Below are positions 57,780 through 64,000 of a DNA stretch of 64,000 nt, in pieces. The position numbers and the translations under genes were made by a program. A model generated the notes under the pieces. That model worked only from the letters and a program-made list of their open reading frames with translations. It searched no databases and was not told the DNA's origin. Origin of the DNA: Cyanidioschyzon merolae (taxonomy: Eukaryota); the NCBI GenBank assembly GCA_000091205.1, contig AP006502.2; one strand, given 5' to 3'. Within the stretch, counting starts at the first letter, position 1; each line of letters begins with the position of its first letter.

Positions 57780-58240
57780 GCCCTCGGACAAACTTGTGTA
57801 AAACAACCGATATCATCATCGAATTCTTGTGCACGAACTTGTATTCTTCTTCGTCTACCGCGAGTAGTATACTCAAATCACTGATACTTCACGTCTTCGA
57901 TCTTTCTGTTGACATGTAACTCGCGGGTGCAGCAACGTGCGCAGCCGGATTGACGACGAAGAAACACGACGTCATCGTTTGATAACTTCTTCACAAGCGC
58001 ATACCACCTATGCGTTCACTGAACTTGCCACGTCAAATACTCTATTTCGTCCGGGAGAAAAATCAACCTCTCTCATAGTGGTCATCGATTCGTCTGCTTT
58101 CGACGGCCGTTCGATACCCCTCGCGGGATATGCTTCCAGTGGCTCCTGTTTCTTCTGTTTCCATGAAAAAAGGTCTCGCACCTGGACCCGAGTCATCGCA
58201 GCGACGGCTTTTTTAGAGCGTGCATGACTGCTTTGCGTCG
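57780..58240 (-). repeat. Dispersed repeat family 1, copy E
   Basis: The minus-strand spurious peptide reads ..SWKQKKQEPLEAYPARG... Shared blocks are cccggacgaaatagagtatttgacgtggcaagttcagt and gatgatgatatcggttgttttacacaag, both as reverse complements. Confidence 0.55.
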
Positions 58241-59295
58241 AGAGAGCGAAGACAGATCCATTTTTCTCGACCTGTTCTCCGACTTGGATTTCGCTTCTGT
58301 TACTTGTTTCATGGTGAACAGCATTGTGCTTATTGGAACCTCTGTCGAAAAAGGCAGCGTGTGCTTGCGTATGCGCCCGATACAATACGCACCACGGGAA
58401 TCGCCCAGAAGAAGCCCCTGATCGTATAATGTTGAGGCGTGTGCGGAGACGGAGGAATGCATCACCACGAGCCTGTTGTACTCGTTATGTACCGAAGGAT
58501 GAAGCGTGTCTCCATATGGCACAGGGCGGCGCTCTGGGAAGCGGTTCTCGCCGACCCATGAGAACAGCCAAGTGTTGCAGCTGAGACGGTCGCACCGAGT
58601 CTATCGGCAAAACAAGATGAAAATGGTAAGCAATGCGAAGAGCGTAGCTTTTGGCTGTGCTTGACATGCGTCGACTGGAATACGAAGTGGCGAGCTGGTC
58701 ACTTGAACACTACACTGAGCATGCTTGTACTCATGAAAACAGTGCTGGAGGCAAAGGAGAAACTGGTGTATTGTACGCCGGATTTACGAGAGGAAAAGCA
58801 TGCAGTCAATGAAATAGTAAGCAATATCTGGTGTTGATAACTGGAGTAAGAGACCCCAAATCTAGCGTTTACATTCGAGATAGCCGGACGCATCCTTCTC
58901 GTTTCATTCTGGCACGGTTGTAGCAGCGAAAGATGCATGGAAAAGGGTACCTGGCTGTACGACGAGCGCGTTGTATACGACCTCTGCCTGACAGCCTGCC
59001 GGACTGGACACGAGAACGGTTCGCGTTGTGCAAGTCGTACCATGCCCTGCTGTGCTGAGGTCGTCGACCCGCACGGTGTCGCATTCGTTCGGAAACCAGA
59101 TGATTCTTATCTTAACTGAGCGCTTTTTAGGTTTTATCCCGTTGGGATTACGCCGGTTCATCTGCGGGGCCTACCGCTTTCCCTGCGAGCATGTTCCGCA
59201 GCGATGACACTTCTGGCTGGTACTGGAAACTGCGTGGTGTCTCGTAGTCGTCCAAGACGGAGTAACGCGGCACTGATCCCGTTACAGACCCAGCG

Positions 59296-59330
59296 TTGCC
59301 GTGTCGTGCCGTGCCGTGCTGTGCCGTGCC
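59296..59330. repeat. Imperfect (CCGTG)n pentanucleotide repeat
   Basis: A direct read shows ccgtgtcgtgccgtgccgtgctgtgccgtgcc. Confidence 0.8.
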
Positions 59331-59643
59331 CCGCAGAGGCGACCTGGCTGCACCCATGCGATGCGTACCGGTCACTGTCAAGCTTGGATATCGCTCTGTC
59401 TGTTGCAGTGAATCCGATTCCTCGTTTACTGCACGTGTTCAGGGCCAGGTCCCGTCCCGCCGGGAACGCAGCGCTGGACGAGGACGCATCACGAGTACTA
59501 GCTTGCTGCGTTGCTATGCAAGTGATGCGCTTCTGGCCACTGCCGGAGCGCCCTGAACGCTAATGCGTATGCGTTGATGGATAGGAGGCATTGGGTCCAA
59601 TGTTCCAGCGTCAGGGTCTCTTTATCGGCCACGAATTACGCAA

Positions 59644-61782
59644 TTAGCGTCCATGTCGTGGGCGTTTCACCAGTGCCGCAGATGTTCCTGTTTTCTGCTC
59701 TTGAAGTTGTCGCGCAACGAGCTCGTCATACAGCCGCTGCTTCCTCCGACTGAGCAGCATTCGCTGTCGATGACGCTGCTCTGCGAGCTTCTTCTCCACG
59801 GCAATGGGTGTCGTGCCCGCATGTTTCGATTTGGTATACTCAGGAACATCACCATCATCATCGGAATCGGAATCGGCGGCGTCCAGCGTCGCCTCGTGGT
59901 CACTATCGACAGCATCAAGGGGTCTCTGGGACGCTGCAATCTCGGGATTCGTCTGGAGATGATTGGTATGCGAGTCAGACCCGGAAGCCACAGATGCTTG
60001 TGGCTCTTCAAGCCATGCTAATTCTTTGGGTAAAGGAACGCTGGTGGCGCCGGTCTTCACGCGCTCCAAATAGAGGCGATATGCGGGGCGCTGCACTTCG
60101 GCACTGCTCGCTGCATCCGTATGCTGGAGTCGCTGGCGTGTCTCCTCCTCGAGTTCGGACTCCCACGGGCTCAGATGCGGTGGCAAGCGACGCCCAACGC
60201 GATATAACCATGTTGGTAAACGAAACGCTTCATTGATCGAATCGAATACCCATTGAGGTTGGATATACTCCCGATCCAAGCGTCTGCTGGGCAGCATTTC
60301 GAGTGGACGATCAGCAATCACATAGTGAATACGATCGTCATCAATAGTCAGCGGCGATGTTGACGTGCATGGACTCTCATAGCCAACGGCTTCGGCGCCG
60401 CAGGCGTAGAGTACCATTTCCAAGATGTGAACGGGTGTCTCACGATGTACGTAAAAGTAGAGACCCCGGAAGAGATTCGCTAGCGTATCCCTTGAATGAT
60501 CGGTTTGGGCAAGGCCGTCCACGAGTGAAGGCGGCGGAGCAGTTGTCTCGGGAGAATGCGTCCCCTGGTTGGAGACCGTTTCCAGCGCCTCTTCATCGAC
60601 ATCGGTGCCGTTTTGTACTTGCTGCGACGCTGCTGCTCCTGTGCCCGTTCCCGCGCTTGCCAGTCGCAGAGCGCCTGTGCTGTCGTGCATGTTCGAATCC
60701 GTGGAGTCCCTGTTCGAGCGCGAAACCGAAAGCGGTACATCGATGCAATTTGACTCTGGAATAGGCCCTAACTGCGCCAATGTGCGAACTTCCATCATTT
60801 CGCGGAGAAGCGCCCCGCGCGACTCTGCGTTGCGATCGACGCGCGGCGGGTACTCGACCCCTAAGACCCGACGATAGAGTCGAAGCAGCACAAAGTGGAG
60901 CAGTGCCTCATGGAACTCGAGGAACGTGCTCATAACTTTCAAGTCGACCGAAGGCGGCACATACTGAACAAAACGATGCGGCTGCGACCAAAGTATCCGT
61001 ACACCCTCTATTTGAGCTTCGAAATAGAAACCTCTGACACTCGCAAATAGGCGGCGCAGGTGACCTGGTCGCAGCATCAGAAACAGCTGCCATTCTCTGG
61101 CTAACCGCGCACAATTTTCCAGTCGTGCCGGGGGGAAAAGCCCCCGACTGACACCGCGTCGCCCATCGCCCGGTCGAGATATTTCGGCGAACGTGTGCAC
61201 CATCGTTAGCGCATCATCAAGCTCAGCAAGCGCATCCGTAAACGATGGATAGCGTTCGCGTATTAGATGCTCGAGCGAATAAACCGGTGACGATCTGGCC
61301 GCCAGAGCCGCCTGGGAGAACTCGCCACGCGCCAGCGCTCGCCGGTAGCGGCGTCGGAAGGCGGCCAACTCACGGAACTTGTTGATTAAAGGCTCGTGCG
61401 CAAGGAACTGGATATCCTTCTTCAAATAGTATGTCCGCCGCGGCCCCTCGAACTTGTTCCGAGGATCTCGTGGGAATTTGCCCTTTAGGATGCAGAGTCG
61501 GCGAAAGTCGCTGAGCGAGAGCTGCAGCATTCGCAGTGCTTTCGCTCTGGTAACATAGGTGGCAGCGGCCCCGCTTGTGCCTTTTTTATTCCGCTCTGCG
61601 ACCATGGTTGCCGTTTCGCTCGCCGAGATCAGCTGGGACGCTCGCACGGTAAGCGAATCAGGGCCTACCCGGTTCCGTCGAATCTGCTGGAGCGCGTGGT
61701 ACCCGGCTTCGTTGTGGCTCAGTGGACCCCGCACCGCCGAAAAGGTATACACCACTGACAACTCCCGTGAGCGCAGCCACAA
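59644..61782 (-). CDS. PES1: Pescadillo homolog (PES1/NOP7), ribosome biogenesis
   Basis: The N-terminal pescadillo domain is collinear with human PES1 (YVTRAKALRMLQLSLSDFRRLCILKGKFPRDPRNK, TYYLKKDIQFLAHEPLINKFRE, ERYPSFTDALAELDDALTMVHTFAEI). A BRCT region is present (LYFYVHRETP..) together with the motif YIQPQWVFDSINEAF..LPPHLSPW. The C-terminus is acidic and basic. Confidence 0.94.
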   Translation of the reverse strand: MWLRSRELSVVYTFSAVRGPLSHNEAGYHALQQIRRNRVGPDSLTVRASQLISASETATMVAERNKKGTSGAAATYVTRAKALRMLQLSLSDFRRLCILKGKFPRDPRNKFEGPRRTYYLKKDIQFLAHEPLINKFRELAAFRRRYRRALARGEFSQAALAARSSPVYSLEHLIRERYPSFTDALAELDDALTMVHTFAEISRPGDGRRGVSRGLFPPARLENCARLAREWQLFLMLRPGHLRRLFASVRGFYFEAQIEGVRILWSQPHRFVQYVPPSVDLKVMSTFLEFHEALLHFVLLRLYRRVLGVEYPPRVDRNAESRGALLREMMEVRTLAQLGPIPESNCIDVPLSVSRSNRDSTDSNMHDSTGALRLASAGTGTGAAASQQVQNGTDVDEEALETVSNQGTHSPETTAPPPSLVDGLAQTDHSRDTLANLFRGLYFYVHRETPVHILEMVLYACGAEAVGYESPCTSTSPLTIDDDRIHYVIADRPLEMLPSRRLDREYIQPQWVFDSINEAFRLPTWLYRVGRRLPPHLSPWESELEEETRQRLQHTDAASSAEVQRPAYRLYLERVKTGATSVPLPKELAWLEEPQASVASGSDSHTNHLQTNPEIAASQRPLDAVDSDHEATLDAADSDSDDDGDVPEYTKSKHAGTTPIAVEKKLAEQRHRQRMLLSRRKQRLYDELVARQLQEQKTGTSAALVKRPRHGR

Positions 61783-62799
61783 AAATTAGATGAGGATGTC
61801 GAAGCACAAACGGTTTGTAGCGCGGAGTCACCCGGATAACCGTGGAAACACTCGGCACGACGGGTTCAGTTGCTCCAGCACGCTCTTGACGACGACGCAA
61901 GCGGGCCCAGCGCGGACGCGGCATAGCGTCGAAGAAGTACCGACGCGATGCGCATGGGTCTTGCATACGAACTGTCCTTATCGGCCAGGTGCGTCTATAA
62001 ATGTACATATTGTACAAGATGAGCCAAACCGGTTCATGCTGCGCGGGCTATCTCGACTGAATCGCCCGAGCTGCTTCATCGAACAGTAGCTTGCAAGTTT
62101 TGCTGTCATTGTTAGAACCGTGTCAGCGTGGAAGTGGACGCATCAGCTTGGCCAACTCGAACGGTCACGCGACTGCTTGGCCAATTTCCTACGCTCAGCA
62201 GCACTAGATTTTTTGGACTTTTTTCCTGCCATGACATCCTTGTCTTGTCTCTGATCCCGGGCTTTTAACCTTCCGCCGGTCTCTTCTATCAATCCAGCTC
62301 CGCTGTCAATAGTCGAAGGATGCTGATGGTAGCGTTCAAGCTCAGATCTGGGTGCTTCCGGCTTTTGCCTACGCCTTTCAGGTCCGGACAGAAGTTACGA
62401 ACTACGTTTCGCTTGCCATTTTCACCTTCGTAGCATACAGGCCGGATACGCCTTCTCCAGTGGTGCCACTTGGCCGAGGTCAGGTATTGCCATATGTCTA
62501 CCAGAACGCTTCGTCCTCCGAGCGCTGCCCCGTGGCACGTGGATGCATGCTTCATGGCCACGTACGCGACCTCGGCGGATTCAGAAGCTTCCGCTCGATG
62601 CGCTGCTCCCTTGCCCCGCCTGATGCGGTACCAGACGACAGCAGGTTTCCTCAGAGCGACTTGCTGAGCGAGTGCTCAGTTTGGTGCACGCGCAAACGCA
62701 TGCTATTGCATTGGACGGTGGATTTACGGAACAGGATATTGGCCATGATGAAACAGGTATCGGAACGAACATCAACGCTGGGGAACAAGTCGAGAAACT

Positions 62800-63290
62800 T
62801 CGATGCCCCTGCACTCGCTTCACATCAATCGGTGACGTAGTCTCCACGGGACTTGATCGCTGCGATGCCCCAAGCCCGAGTCCGAGGTCCCTTGTTCCAT
62901 GCAAACAGAAGAGACGGTAGCCTCTGGGCGCGTATCCCCTGAGAGGCCGTAAGCACGTGTCGAGCGCCGTTTTGCCGATGGTAAGCATGATCGGATGATT
63001 TGTCTCTCAAGCGGAATACATTATTTGACGTGGCAAGTTCAGTCATTTTTTTATGATCTATTCATCACGTCCTCAATGAACGACGTCGATCTTTCTTTTT
63101 CTTCAATCCCGAGGCACGAGTCGCTGCGCCTGCAACTTGCCTTGAAACAGAAGGATTCAACAGTTGAAGCATGTGTGATTAGAGATGCTGCACGGAAAGA
63201 AGCTGGAAGAATTTATGCTCATGCGAATGATTTGGATCATGATATCGGCTAGTTTACGAATCCTCGTTCAACAGCGCGGCGAATGGCCCT
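62800..63290 (+). repeat. Dispersed repeat family 1, copy F
   Basis: The shared blocks ccatgcaaacagaagagacgg, acattatttgacgtggcaagttcagt, cttgccttgaaacagaagg...gaagcatg, gatcatgatatcggct and tttacgaatcc appear in the same order as in copies A and B. Confidence 0.55.
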
Positions 63291-64000
63291 GATGCCGGTG
63301 ACGTAACGAACTCCATCGGAAAACGAGTCAAATGAAGCACTTTGAAACTGGCTTCCGAGAACTCCAAAGCTACGTACGAACCCCTAAGCACTGCTAGCTG
63401 CACTCTGTATCCCGAACCAGTGCATGTAGGAAAGTTCAGAATAATAGCCATGCAGGTATAGAGCGAGCAGCTCATTGATCGATCTCGATCTGCCAGCGGT
63501 GTGGCGTGTCAGTACGCCGCGGTCGCCCTGCGGGATAAAACAACGGCCAGAGCGACATCAGCCGCAGTTCTTACCAGCTACGGTTGCATAGACGAACTTA
63601 CAAGAGTGTAGCGCTTCGCACTGAAACAAGCAAGGAGCGCCGGTTCGCTAAGGGTCGCACTTCACCGGCTCTCATGGTTCCTCAGCAGACGCCACCAGAC
63701 GACCAAGCGCAGCCACGTACGTTCCACTTTAGCGACAAGTTGGAGAATCACCTGCGTCGAGTGGATGATCCAGGTCTGCGTTGGTGTCAACGTCGCGTTG
63801 AAAGTCGTCTGCGGTATTGGTTAGCACTTGCGCTCACCGCCATCACCACTGTGGAAGCTGGTGTTCTCTTTACGTTCGTCTTGTGCGGGGCCGGCTTTTG
63901 CAGACAAGCCTGCGTTTGGAATATGCACCTGCTCGTATTGAGTCTGGTCTCTCAAGTTCCGAAGCGCTTTATCTGGCGAAGCCGGCCGCACGTGCAACAG

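Noticed and set aside
1-64000. Prokaryotic interpretation (operons, defence islands, CRISPR, phage)
   Set aside because: The long ORFs encode hallmark eukaryotic proteins: importin-alpha with IBB, kinesin-14, a USP5-type deubiquitinase with UBA domains, pescadillo, MCM8, an SM protein and mu-class GST. Genes are monocistronic with large intergenic gaps and no operon-like co-orientation. No CRISPR-type short direct repeats with unique spacers were seen.

Overview
The window reads as nuclear DNA from a GC-rich, gene-dense eukaryote whose genes appear almost free of introns. The protein set suggests a stramenopile or oomycete-like protist, but that is only a guess. The large ORFs encode typical eukaryotic housekeeping proteins: MCM8 helicase, ETF-ubiquinone oxidoreductase, a Sec1/Munc18-family protein, shikimate kinase, ketopantoate reductase, importin-alpha, a kinesin-14, a USP5-type deubiquitinase, an aldo/keto reductase, a mu-class GST, tryptophan 2,3-dioxygenase and pescadillo. 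There is no prokaryotic operon structure, no CRISPR array and no recognisable defence island. Most of the many short ORFs in the six-frame track are antisense or intergenic noise typical of GC-rich DNA. Three things are not explained by ordinary gene annotation. First, a roughly 500 bp non-coding dispersed repeat occurs in six copies, in both orientations, always in gene-free and AT-richer gaps. Second, a different dispersed repeat of roughly 600 bp occurs as two inverted copies about 12 kb apart. Third, the kinesin-14 carries an N-terminal PLAT/LH2-like domain followed by a CBM20-like glucan-binding domain ahead of its coiled coil and motor. Smaller oddities are a perfect 42-bp x5 minisatellite just upstream of the USP5 start, several in-frame CAG/CTG/ACG trinucleotide tracts inside conserved genes, and a 390-codon open extension upstream of the TDO core. 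All calls come from reading the sequence and translations by eye. No searches were run.
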